DNA from: a virus
Taxonomy: Duplodnaviria; Caudoviricetes
Strand: one strand, 5' to 3'
IMG/VR virus record: IMGVR_UViG_3300037808_002146
Length of the DNA: 64,000 nt
This document shows positions 26,763-35,680 of the stretch, piece after piece. Within the stretch, counting starts at the first letter, position 1; each line of letters begins with the position of its first letter. The notes under the pieces are model-generated. The model was not told the DNA's origin. It was given only the letters and a program-made list of their open reading frames with translations, and made no database searches. The translations under genes and the position numbers were made by a program.

Positions 26763-28709
26763 TTAACTCGAACCCTCATCTAAGTCGGGTTCAGTTGAGT
26801 CGCTTAACTCATTTAAAACTATTTTTTTATTACTAAGTAGTCCAGATTTATCGATATTTCTTAAAATGTTTAAGATATCGGATGACATCACTGGGCCAGT
26901 CGTGGTTTTTGTATCTAATTCTCTTTCAAAAGCTTCGAAAGAATTTAGCTGTTTCCTATTGTAGGGTTGCCGCATAGAATCTTGAGGTCGCTTATTCATC
27001 GTCATATCACCAAAATTTGGCATATGAGCCGAAGCTGCTGTTTTTTTATTTTTAGCTGGTTTCATCTCTTGACCCCAGACATTTTTCATCTTTGCTTGAG
27101 CTTTTAACGGAGCGTCTTCGTCATCCATCGATAGAATTAAATCGTCGTCTTCGTCGTCGTCAGCTTCTTTAAATGTAGAAACGCCTGAATCAGATAATTG
27201 AATTGGAGTGTCAGTCATTAGATTATCAGGATTATTTAGATCTACATCAAAAAGACCACCCCCTTCATCATCATCACCGCCACTATCATCAGAGTCACCT
27301 CCACCAGCTTCGCCACCTGAAGACTCTAATTCCGCGTCGTCATCTTTATCTTTCTTTAGACCCTCGAGTACGCCTTCAATTTGATCGTCAGTTAAACCTA
27401 ATACGTTTTTTCTAACCCACGTTTTATCAAGCATACCTTCTGGAACTTTACCAGCAATATCAAAACGAGTACTAATTAATTCCAACTTTTGGAGTTGTGC
27501 AACTGAAGATGGGTTGGAAAGCCTTAGTTCAAAATCTAAAAGCTCTTCTCCATCATATCCATGAGAGTATAAATGAACCATAGCTAGTTTGTTCAACTCA
27601 GAAATAACGGTTTTTTGTATTCTTTGAACCGATCTAGAAAACCGAATATCCTCTTGAGCCAATGTTGCCTTAGAACCAATGTCTTCGTCGTAGCCCAAAT
27701 ATGCTTTTGGTATTTTCAATGCTGCAAATAGTTTCTTTTGAATATACTCTACGTCTTCTATCGCTGTTGCATTTTGACCGCCCGCAAGTGTATCAATCCT
27801 TGTGCCACTATCACCACCTCTAACTGGTATATAATAGTCTTCGTCAACAGCCATCGGATTATATCTTAGATCTGATTGGCCTGATTGGCTGCTTGTTACT
27901 ACGCTCTTCTTCAGGGCGCTTTTTGCTTGTTCGACGTAATTTGATACATCTTCCGGGGGAACATTACCAACATCAATATAGAAAACTCTTCTTTCAGGCG
28001 CTCGAATAATTCTATAAACTAACATAGCATCTTCTATTAAAATTAGCTGGCGCCATATTCTTCTAGCTGACTCTAAAACAGACGTTCCATAAGGTAAAAA
28101 TGCATCATTCGCTAGTAGTCTGAAGTGTGAAACCTGCCAATTTTCCAATATAGCATTGCCTTGAGTTATCCAACGAAACCTAACAGCTGCTGGATTGTCG
28201 GGATCAAACCCTTCTTCTCGTTCAATCTCAGTTATCGGTATTGGATATGCATTAATGACGCCATATTCTGGATGCACATCGTTGAATAGAAAGAAGTCGC
28301 CATACTTGACTAAATTTCTAACCCACATCACAAGATTAAATTCAACGTTTATCGTATCATGAAATAGCGTACTAAGCAATTCTTGTTTTTGAGAATCGTC
28401 AGAATAGATGTGCAAACAGCGGCCATGTTCGTCGGACGATACAGTCTCTTCGGAATAGATATCTAGCGCTGAAGCTAACTCGGGCGTTGCTTCCATTTCG
28501 CTAAAATCGCTGTATCGAGCCATTCTATCAAAAGAACCATAAGCGCTTAAAGTACTATTATATATATCGCTGTGAGCCCTCTTAAAAAGATCAGCTGCAG
28601 TTGATTTAGAGCCGCCTGTTTTAGCGGTTTTAATCTTCCTCTTGACTACCGGACCGGTCCTAAATAGTCTAGTTAACTTTTGAAATAAATTTTTTTCTTT
28701 TTCTGCCAT
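26763..28709 (-). CDS. gp20: Portal protein (T4 gp20-like) with acidic C-terminal extension
   Basis: YGDFFL, YGTSVLESARRIWRQLILIEDAMLVYRIIRAPERRVFYIDVG, EDYYIPVRG, IDTLAGG and LFAALKIPK. Confidence 0.95.
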   Translation of the reverse strand: MAEKEKNLFQKLTRLFRTGPVVKRKIKTAKTGGSKSTAADLFKRAHSDIYNSTLSAYGSFDRMARYSDFSEMEATPELASALDIYSEETVSSDEHGRCLHIYSDDSQKQELLSTLFHDTINVEFNLVMWVRNLVKYGDFFLFNDVHPEYGVINAYPIPITEIEREEGFDPDNPAAVRFRWITQGNAILENWQVSHFRLLANDAFLPYGTSVLESARRIWRQLILIEDAMLVYRIIRAPERRVFYIDVGNVPPEDVSNYVEQAKSALKKSVVTSSQSGQSDLRYNPMAVDEDYYIPVRGGDSGTRIDTLAGGQNATAIEDVEYIQKKLFAALKIPKAYLGYDEDIGSKATLAQEDIRFSRSVQRIQKTVISELNKLAMVHLYSHGYDGEELLDFELRLSNPSSVAQLQKLELISTRFDIAGKVPEGMLDKTWVRKNVLGLTDDQIEGVLEGLKKDKDDDAELESSGGEAGGGDSDDSGGDDDEGGGLFDVDLNNPDNLMTDTPIQLSDSGVSTFKEADDDEDDDLILSMDDEDAPLKAQAKMKNVWGQEMKPAKNKKTAASAHMPNFGDMTMNKRPQDSMRQPYNRKQLNSFEAFERELDTKTTTGPVMSSDILNILRNIDKSGLLSNKKIVLNELSDSTEPDLDEGSS

Positions 28710-28756
28710 ATTTTTGCTCTATGCTATAATATTAGAATCATAGCTTTCTTTAAAAT

Positions 28757-30358
28757 TTAAATTAGCCACTTAAATTCAGTATCGAAACTTCCCGATAGAA
28801 ATCTAGATACTGAATCATATGGTATAGCGCGTCGGGTGTTCAAGACATTTTTTAAATATTCATTGCCGAAAGAAGAACCTACTGATCCTGCAAAAGAATT
28901 AGATTTCGAACCAAAACCCGATAGCATTGCTTTATTGATGTTAGCTGAGCTTTTTGAATGAAAGTTAGAAGTATCGTATAGCCAAATTCCAATAGCTAAA
29001 GATATTACTAAGTCGTCATGCTTGCTCCTCATAGCCTGAGGTTTGTTGCCTTTCCAAACAAAAGTTTTAGTTTCTTCATAGAATCTAGACGAATATATTC
29101 TTATTTGCTTGTTTCTTAAAACTTCTTCTAATTTTGTTAAGATTTTAGATCTAGAAGGTCCTTGAGTAGAGAAACCTGCTTTAGATATTGGACCGTCTCC
29201 ATAAAGAGCTGATATCCTATCTTTCTCTTTTTCAAAATATATTTCTTGGCACTTTAATTCTTTTAGCTTCATTAAAACAGCATATCCGTATGTATTGCTT
29301 TCCGGACAAATAGTTGCTTTATTATATCTTTTACTAGCTTCCATTAAAACAATAGCGAATTGGTCAGGGGGAGTTTTACCTCTAAATTCACAAACCACTT
29401 CAGATTCATTCGTATCTATTACATGAAATGTAGAAAAATCTGCACCATCTCCACGAGCAACATCAGCACTTATTACGTAACGATTTCCTGGCGTAACGTA
29501 CTTCCAAACCCAGACGTTGTTACTTGGTCCCCATCTTTCGACGGGACTTTTGATAGACATCATCAAAGACTCGATGTCTTGTCGGGTTATAAAAGTTTCG
29601 CCGGAAGACTGGAAATCACATAATAACTCTTGCGCAATTTGACGCTTAGTCATATTTTTTGTCTCTTTGTCGAACCAAGCGTCGTCGCGTTCAGGATGTA
29701 CTTCCCAGGGAAGCTTTATTGCATTAAAGTCATTATCGCCAGTTTCTGCTTGGGTATAAATATCATAGTACTGTCCACCCACACCATTCGGAGTTGATAA
29801 TACTATAGCTCTACCACCAGTAGAGAGGGTAGGATATAAGCCCATCCACAGTTCATCAAAATTCCTAACAAAGGCAGCCTCGTCAACTATTAACAATGAT
29901 AATGCCTCTGATCGACCTGCATCATCTGATGTTGGAATAGCTTTCACAATAGATCCGTTAGAAAATTCTAACGACTGCTTATTATTAGACACAATCTCAG
30001 GCATTAGCAACCACGGGGGTAATGAACGAATCGCAAACTTTACTTTTCTAATAAAGTTTTGAGCAACTGCCAATTTTGTAGCAATTACTAGAACATTTTT
30101 ATCTTTATAGAAAATCGTTAGCCAAACAGCATAAGCAGCCACTAGCGTTGATAGGCCGAGCTGCCGGCTTTTTACAATTACGTTAAACCTATGCTCGTTA
30201 AAGTCATCAACACAATCATCTTGAAAATCATATGTATTAAAAGGTAAAGTTCCCCTAGTTGCATGCTGTATTTTTACGTACTTATTGAAAAAATAAACCG
30301 GATCTTTTCCGCATTTAATAATTTCTTTTACTTGTCGCTGTTTGGTTGATGGAGGCAT
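28757..30358 (-). CDS. terL: Terminase large subunit (T4 gp17-like)
   Basis: KSRQLGLST (Walker A), LLIVDEAAF (Walker B), STPNG, QELLCDF, SADVARGDGADFS and HDDLV nuclease motifs. Confidence 0.95.
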   Translation of the reverse strand: MPPSTKQRQVKEIIKCGKDPVYFFNKYVKIQHATRGTLPFNTYDFQDDCVDDFNEHRFNVIVKSRQLGLSTLVAAYAVWLTIFYKDKNVLVIATKLAVAQNFIRKVKFAIRSLPPWLLMPEIVSNNKQSLEFSNGSIVKAIPTSDDAGRSEALSLLIVDEAAFVRNFDELWMGLYPTLSTGGRAIVLSTPNGVGGQYYDIYTQAETGDNDFNAIKLPWEVHPERDDAWFDKETKNMTKRQIAQELLCDFQSSGETFITRQDIESLMMSIKSPVERWGPSNNVWVWKYVTPGNRYVISADVARGDGADFSTFHVIDTNESEVVCEFRGKTPPDQFAIVLMEASKRYNKATICPESNTYGYAVLMKLKELKCQEIYFEKEKDRISALYGDGPISKAGFSTQGPSRSKILTKLEEVLRNKQIRIYSSRFYEETKTFVWKGNKPQAMRSKHDDLVISLAIGIWLYDTSNFHSKSSANINKAMLSGFGSKSNSFAGSVGSSFGNEYLKNVLNTRRAIPYDSVSRFLSGSFDTEFKWLI

Positions 30359-30364
30359 CTACTT

Positions 30365-30733
30365 CTATTCAACCTTTAATTGGACGTTTACTCTGTAGTA
30401 TGCGAGCTTCCTAGGTGCATAAGGCGAGGTGCTTATTAGCTCAACCGAATCATCTCGAGATTCTTCTTTCACATTAATAGACCTTTCCGCTTTTTCCCTA
30501 AATTCTTCTTTCATCTTTTTAAGCGCATCAGCTATCACTTTAACTGATTCTTTCTCGTATTCAGCTTTTTGTTTTTCCATAGATTCTTCACTAGCAAACT
30601 GGATAATTGCCAAATATTTCAAAGTTAAACTATCACCATGAAGACTAGACGTTACTTTCATCGTATCGCTAGAATAGCCAAAAGTATGATTAAATACTTG
30701 GCCTAAAACACTCACTTCTTTTGAACTCAACAT
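30365..30733 (-). CDS. Hypothetical protein (122 aa)
   Basis: ORF track; GGAGG RBS. Confidence 0.75.
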   Translation of the reverse strand: MLSSKEVSVLGQVFNHTFGYSSDTMKVTSSLHGDSLTLKYLAIIQFASEESMEKQKAEYEKESVKVIADALKKMKEEFREKAERSINVKEESRDDSVELISTSPYAPRKLAYYRVNVQLKVE

Positions 30734-30745
30734 TTCTTCTTCCTC

Positions 30746-31012
30746 CTAAAAGAACTTGTACATTGGCTTAAACTCTATTTTATTGTTTAGAAGCCATTTT
30801 TCTATCTCTTTTTTGCTTGGGTTCCATTTTTTGCCTTTTATGTTCCTGTTTGGCTCTAAAAATAAAACAAAGCAATTTCCACATCCACCATCATGGTAAG
30901 CGTGCAACGTATCTTCCAAAGTTTGTAAAGTTGCACCGCATATTTCACAAAAAGATGGAGTGCACTTATCTCTTTCGTCTATATAAATATCAATTAAATT
31001 ATTCATGAACAA
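30746..31012 (-). CDS. Small putative zinc-binding protein
   Basis: CEIC and CGNC cysteine pairs; overlaps the end of the nuclease-ATPase gene. Confidence 0.6.
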   Translation of the reverse strand: MFMNNLIDIYIDERDKCTPSFCEICGATLQTLEDTLHAYHDGGCGNCFVLFLEPNRNIKGKKWNPSKKEIEKWLLNNKIEFKPMYKFF

Positions 31013-34000
31013 CTAAAGAATTTTTTCCTTTGCTTCTAATATCTAAAACGTTATCGACAACGTCTTTGATAGCATCTATATGCGATATTACAAATATGTG
31101 TCTAAACCACCTCTTGAGTGAAACTAGCAACCTATTGCAAGTTTCAATGTTACCCTCGTCTAAAGTACCAAAACCTTCATCGATTATAAGCAAATCAGAC
31201 TTTGGTAAATTAGAAACATTGATTAAAGCAACGCGGATAGCTAGAGATGATAACATTTTCTCCATCCCCGAAGCACATTCGATCACTCTCTTAGAATCTC
31301 CATAGTTGATAAAAACGTCTAATGCGTTTGTCGAGTCATCCGCTTCTATTTCTATTGTAAATTCAACAACGCCATGCAAAATCTTTTCTATTTCAGAGTT
31401 TATCAGTGGAAGCTGGACACTCATTATTCTTAAAGGTATCCCTTTCTTATCTACTGATTGCAAAAAAGCGTTGTAAGCATTCCATTGCTTTTTTAAATTT
31501 GCAAATTTTTCTTTTTCTTCTTCAGAATCTGAAAGTTGTTGTTGAAATAGACCGATTTTTTCGCTTAGTCGCAATTTTTCAGCATCTAGAAAATTAGATC
31601 TTTCGCTCAAGGTTTTTAGTGTCTTCTTTAACCTAGATACTTCTTTAGCCTCCGAAGCAGCAGTTGCATTTAATTTCATTTTAGAGAGTTTATTTTTCTC
31701 TTCTAGCAGGTTTTGTGATATGTTAGAATCTTCTACTTCTAACTCTGTGAGTGATACTAATATATTACCTCTTTCAAGCTTTAAATCAGAGCCACTTTTT
31801 AAAATGTCTTCGTATTTTTTAATCTTATCATTGAGAGACTCACCCAATATTTTCTTTAGGTTACGTTTTACTGCTGAACAATTTTCGGAAATCTCTTTGA
31901 CTTTCTCTTCTTGAGATGGAATCTTTTTCTTCGAAAGATGAGAGTCTTTTATAAACTTGCATGTCGGAAAAGAGTCTCCGCATGGAACTACTTTTAAAGT
32001 ACTAGCACTTTTTCTTTGTGATTTTAAGAGAGTCTTCTCTTTTTCAAGCAAGTGTTCTATATTTTGTAAGCTTCCCTCTATCTCTTTTTGTTGATTAAGT
32101 TTTTCTTTTAACTCTTGAATAGGAAATTGTTCTTTGATAGCAGAAATTTTTTGAAGTTTGTTTTCAATCTCAATTATTTCGTCAGATATGTCTATTATTT
32201 TAGACTTCATGAGATTGCTTCTTGATTTCAACTTTACTATCAATTTATCTTGATCTTCTATCTCTTCTTCGGTAAAAGCTTCAGAGTTTTCGTGAGTAGC
32301 TAACATCAATTTCATGCTATCAGTTTCTTCTCTAACTTTTCTACATTGCTCTTCAGTTTCGTCTCTATCGCTAGTAATAGACTCTAGTTCTAGTCTTTTA
32401 TTTCTAATTATTGACGCCCAGTCTCTGTCCGGAGCACTCTTCATTGAACCTTTTAATTCGGAAAATTCATTTTTTGCAATATTGAGCATATTGTCGAAAA
32501 TACCAAGATCTAGAAACTTAGTGAGTATAGATTTTCTTATAGTTGCTCCATTTTTGATAAAATTATTCATAGAGCCTTGGCTTGCTAGAGACGTTAAAAG
32601 AAAATCGTCAGAAGTTCCAACTAAGTTTTTTAAATCTTTCTCAGTTTCTCTTCGTTGTTCTCCGCTTAAATCCTCTACTTTGTTTCCTTCACTATCTGTT
32701 TTCCACAAATTCAAAGATGTAGATGCTGAGGTCTTTCCAGCTCGGCTGGTATGCTTCGCTGATTGTCTTTCTACTTTATAGGGTTTTCCGTTTACGGATA
32801 TATCTAACTCAATATTACAAAATCCTTTTCTAGAATTGATAATATGAATATTCTTAATAGCTCCTCTATCTGTTGAATTAAATAGACTATACATAATAGT
32901 CCCTGGGATAGAAGATTTCCCTGTTCTGTTTTTACCAAAAATGCCGGTAATACCATTCATTTTTTCGAAATTAATAATATTTCCATTGCCGTACCCAAAT
33001 GTATTATTAAATTTAAGCTTTTTCAAAGACCATTTAAGATTTTTTCGATACTCTCCTCTAGCAGCTTCAGAAGCAACTCTTTTAGTTAATCCTTCAAGCA
33101 TTTCTCTCTCTTCATTTGAGAGAGGAAAGGTTTTTGTATAGTTACTCATAAGCTTTACGTGAGTAGCTGGGTTTAGGAGATCTTCTTTATCTAAAGTTGT
33201 ATCTCCAATGTTGATTTTATCGTCTTTTGTATCTTCGACGTCCCACTTAAAAACAACTTCTGTTGCTTTATACGTTTCTTTCAACCCATTAGAAAGCTGT
33301 TTTATTTCACTTTGCGGGATTATCGTATTTGATCTAATTCTAAAGCGGCCGTGTTCCATTGATTCGCTTATGTTCTTTAAAGTATCTTCTACGTTTCCCT
33401 CCCAGGGTATTGTATAGAAGGAAAACCTATTTTTAACTGGATAAAACTTGACTTTGAAATCTTCTTTGCTTTCTATATCCCAGACTAAAAAACCTTTTTC
33501 TACATCTTCGCCATAATTTTGTTGGATAGTTGATCCGCAATAAGCGATTCTATTTTCCTCGTCTAAAAATTGACTTTTGTGAATATCTCCAAGGAATGTA
33601 AAATCAAACTCTTTAAAGAAATCTACATTAATTTGATTCGGCTCGTCTATCTCCCAGTCGCTGTCTACCTTTGAGCCTTGAACTGGACCGTGGAAAAGGG
33701 CAATATTGGTCGTATTAGGCACCGGCTTAACTCTTGACCAGGATTCTTCATCGAAACAAGAAAATACGCACCAGCTCACATCATGTGACTCTAACGTATA
33801 AGAATCAGAATCTTTGTAGAGAAAAATTCTATCGTCTCCTATAGCTTGTATGATTGGAGTGATTGCATCTTGGCGATCTTTGTTTAAGATCAAGCCATCA
33901 TGGTTGCCAAGTATTACGTGGACTGGTGCAATGTCGGCTAAACCTTTAAACCACCAAACTAATACATCAATTAATTCGGGTGATATTCCCTGAGTCTTTG

Positions 34001-34148
34001 AGTGAACAATATCACCACCGATGAATATTGCATCTAAATTCATTTTAGATATTTTTTTAAAAATATTGCTGAATACTTCTCTGTATTCTTCGTGTCTAGA
34101 TAAACCCCTAAAGTGAATATCAGCAAAATGTGCGCACTTAAAACCCAT
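30999..34148 (-). CDS. Fused SbcD/Mre11-type nuclease plus SbcC/Rad50-type SMC ATPase (T4 gp47-gp46-like)
   Basis: Phosphoesterase motifs ADIH, GGDIVH, GNHD, FHG and LGDIH; then Walker A GKNRTGKSS, coiled coil with central CGDSFPTC, signature ASGME and Walker B/D-loop IIDEGFGTLD, all in one frame. Confidence 0.92.
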   Translation of the reverse strand: MGFKCAHFADIHFRGLSRHEEYREVFSNIFKKISKMNLDAIFIGGDIVHSKTQGISPELIDVLVWWFKGLADIAPVHVILGNHDGLILNKDRQDAITPIIQAIGDDRIFLYKDSDSYTLESHDVSWCVFSCFDEESWSRVKPVPNTTNIALFHGPVQGSKVDSDWEIDEPNQINVDFFKEFDFTFLGDIHKSQFLDEENRIAYCGSTIQQNYGEDVEKGFLVWDIESKEDFKVKFYPVKNRFSFYTIPWEGNVEDTLKNISESMEHGRFRIRSNTIIPQSEIKQLSNGLKETYKATEVVFKWDVEDTKDDKINIGDTTLDKEDLLNPATHVKLMSNYTKTFPLSNEEREMLEGLTKRVASEAARGEYRKNLKWSLKKLKFNNTFGYGNGNIINFEKMNGITGIFGKNRTGKSSIPGTIMYSLFNSTDRGAIKNIHIINSRKGFCNIELDISVNGKPYKVERQSAKHTSRAGKTSASTSLNLWKTDSEGNKVEDLSGEQRRETEKDLKNLVGTSDDFLLTSLASQGSMNNFIKNGATIRKSILTKFLDLGIFDNMLNIAKNEFSELKGSMKSAPDRDWASIIRNKRLELESITSDRDETEEQCRKVREETDSMKLMLATHENSEAFTEEEIEDQDKLIVKLKSRSNLMKSKIIDISDEIIEIENKLQKISAIKEQFPIQELKEKLNQQKEIEGSLQNIEHLLEKEKTLLKSQRKSASTLKVVPCGDSFPTCKFIKDSHLSKKKIPSQEEKVKEISENCSAVKRNLKKILGESLNDKIKKYEDILKSGSDLKLERGNILVSLTELEVEDSNISQNLLEEKNKLSKMKLNATAASEAKEVSRLKKTLKTLSERSNFLDAEKLRLSEKIGLFQQQLSDSEEEKEKFANLKKQWNAYNAFLQSVDKKGIPLRIMSVQLPLINSEIEKILHGVVEFTIEIEADDSTNALDVFINYGDSKRVIECASGMEKMLSSLAIRVALINVSNLPKSDLLIIDEGFGTLDEGNIETCNRLLVSLKRWFRHIFVISHIDAIKDVVDNVLDIRSKGKNSLVVHE

Positions 34149-34157
34149 TAATAATCC

Positions 34158-35123
34158 TTAAACTAACGACCCTGATTTTATCGAAGATATTAAACTCAAA
34201 AGTCGATCGTCGTTGCCAAACGGTTTGGCATCTTGAAATCGCTTATAAAAATCTTTTTTTGACATAGCCCCTACATCTTCATAGTTTGAACAATCTAAAA
34301 TTCTTACGCTTATACCATATGAAGTAAGCAAACGAGCAATATTATAAGATTTGTTTAGAACATCCGGATCCAAAGCTAAACAAATCGGTGTACCGTTTCT
34401 TACTATCTTACTAAACAATATCTGATCTTCCTTCAAAGTACAGCCAAGTAGACAAGTAGCGTTTTCATTAGCTTTAATGAGATCAAATGGACCTTCGACG
34501 AGAGTCAGCTCGGAATTCCAGTCTATATTGATTTCGTTGAAGATGATATTTTTCTTTGGTACTCTAGAATTGATGTATTTCATCTTAGAGTCACTCCCAA
34601 CAGTTCTAGCTACATAATAATTTAGTTCTCCATCACAGTCAAAAGATGGTATTATTATCCGCCGCCTCAAACGTCCTGTTAAAGTAGCTCCAATCTTAAA
34701 AAACCAAAAATCTTTTTCGCATATCTCTCTTGATTTAGCGTATTTAATAGTAGCTTTGATGTCTGGATCTATATGATTATTAGATTTTGCTAGTAGGACA
34801 AAGTTTTTAGGTAACTCTAAATAGTACTCTTTTTCTTCTACTAGCTCTTTTGAACGCGAAAAATCCTTAAATACCGACGACACTTCCGAAATTAAAGCTC
34901 TACGGAATTTCGAAATTATCTTTTTAACGCCAACGCCAGATTCTCCGCAAACCCAGCAGTGATACTGCTGAGTGTCTAATTGCACTATTAATTTTAACTT
35001 ACTAGAGTTGTAAGATTTGCACTTCTTATTAGGACAAAGTACCTCAGCATTTTCGTTATCAGACGTTAAGTTAGCTTTCTTAAAAGCTTTTCTTAGGAAA
35101 CTTAGTTTTTGAGTCTTAGACAA
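34158..35123 (-). CDS. DNA primase (zinc-binding domain plus TOPRIM)
   Basis: CPNKKC...HCWVCG zinc ribbon; RIIIPSFD, YYVAR, KYIN, LVEGPFD and ALDPD. Confidence 0.85.
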   Translation of the reverse strand: MSKTQKLSFLRKAFKKANLTSDNENAEVLCPNKKCKSYNSSKLKLIVQLDTQQYHCWVCGESGVGVKKIISKFRRALISEVSSVFKDFSRSKELVEEKEYYLELPKNFVLLAKSNNHIDPDIKATIKYAKSREICEKDFWFFKIGATLTGRLRRRIIIPSFDCDGELNYYVARTVGSDSKMKYINSRVPKKNIIFNEINIDWNSELTLVEGPFDLIKANENATCLLGCTLKEDQILFSKIVRNGTPICLALDPDVLNKSYNIARLLTSYGISVRILDCSNYEDVGAMSKKDFYKRFQDAKPFGNDDRLLSLISSIKSGSLV

Positions 35124-35665
35124 TTTTCTTCCTGTATTACAGCGCTTTGGGCAATTACATAAGCATCTGCCATATCATAACACTCTTTTACAAGAACTAC
35201 ACTTCCTTTTCTAGGACCTCCCTTTAATATTTTGGTTGGCCATACCAGAGAGGGATCTCTCTCTTTAACGAAATCTAATATTTGTTCTTTGGTATTTTTA
35301 TCGGATTTTCTATTAATCTTTATCCCAACAAGTTTTCTTGCAGCGTTTACGTTCATAAACTTAGGGGTAATTCCAAAGACTTCAGAAGAAATATACGTAC
35401 AAACGCCGTTGAATCTAGCTAAAGAAACTATAGTCTTCGCGCTAGATAAGCCCGGGCGGAATGCTTGAAGGTTTTCTTCTATTGCTATTTCATTAACATT
35501 GTATTGTGACTTTATAGTCAACAAATTGTTTTTAAATTTTTCTGCTTTAGAGAAAAGCGTTTTCTCTTTTGATAAATCTAGAAAGCTTATAAGCTTTACT
35601 TTTTTGTTTTTTTCAACTATGCACAAACCGATAGCTGAAGTTGATATATCTAAACCAAGAAACAT
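35102..35665 (-). CDS. RuvC-like Holliday junction resolvase
   Basis: LGLDISTS, IAIEEN and DMADAYVIA acidic catalytic motifs of the RNase H fold. Confidence 0.8.
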   Translation of the reverse strand: MFLGLDISTSAIGLCIVEKNKKVKLISFLDLSKEKTLFSKAEKFKNNLLTIKSQYNVNEIAIEENLQAFRPGLSSAKTIVSLARFNGVCTYISSEVFGITPKFMNVNAARKLVGIKINRKSDKNTKEQILDFVKERDPSLVWPTKILKGGPRKGSVVLVKECYDMADAYVIAQSAVIQEENCLRLKN

Positions 35666-35680
35666 ATAATATTATAAGAG

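Noticed and set aside
19611-35123. Inteins or introns in MCP, portal, terminase, nuclease-ATPase or primase
   Set aside because: No intein splice or LAGLIDADG/HNH motifs were seen; the extra length is explained by low-complexity or domain insertions.
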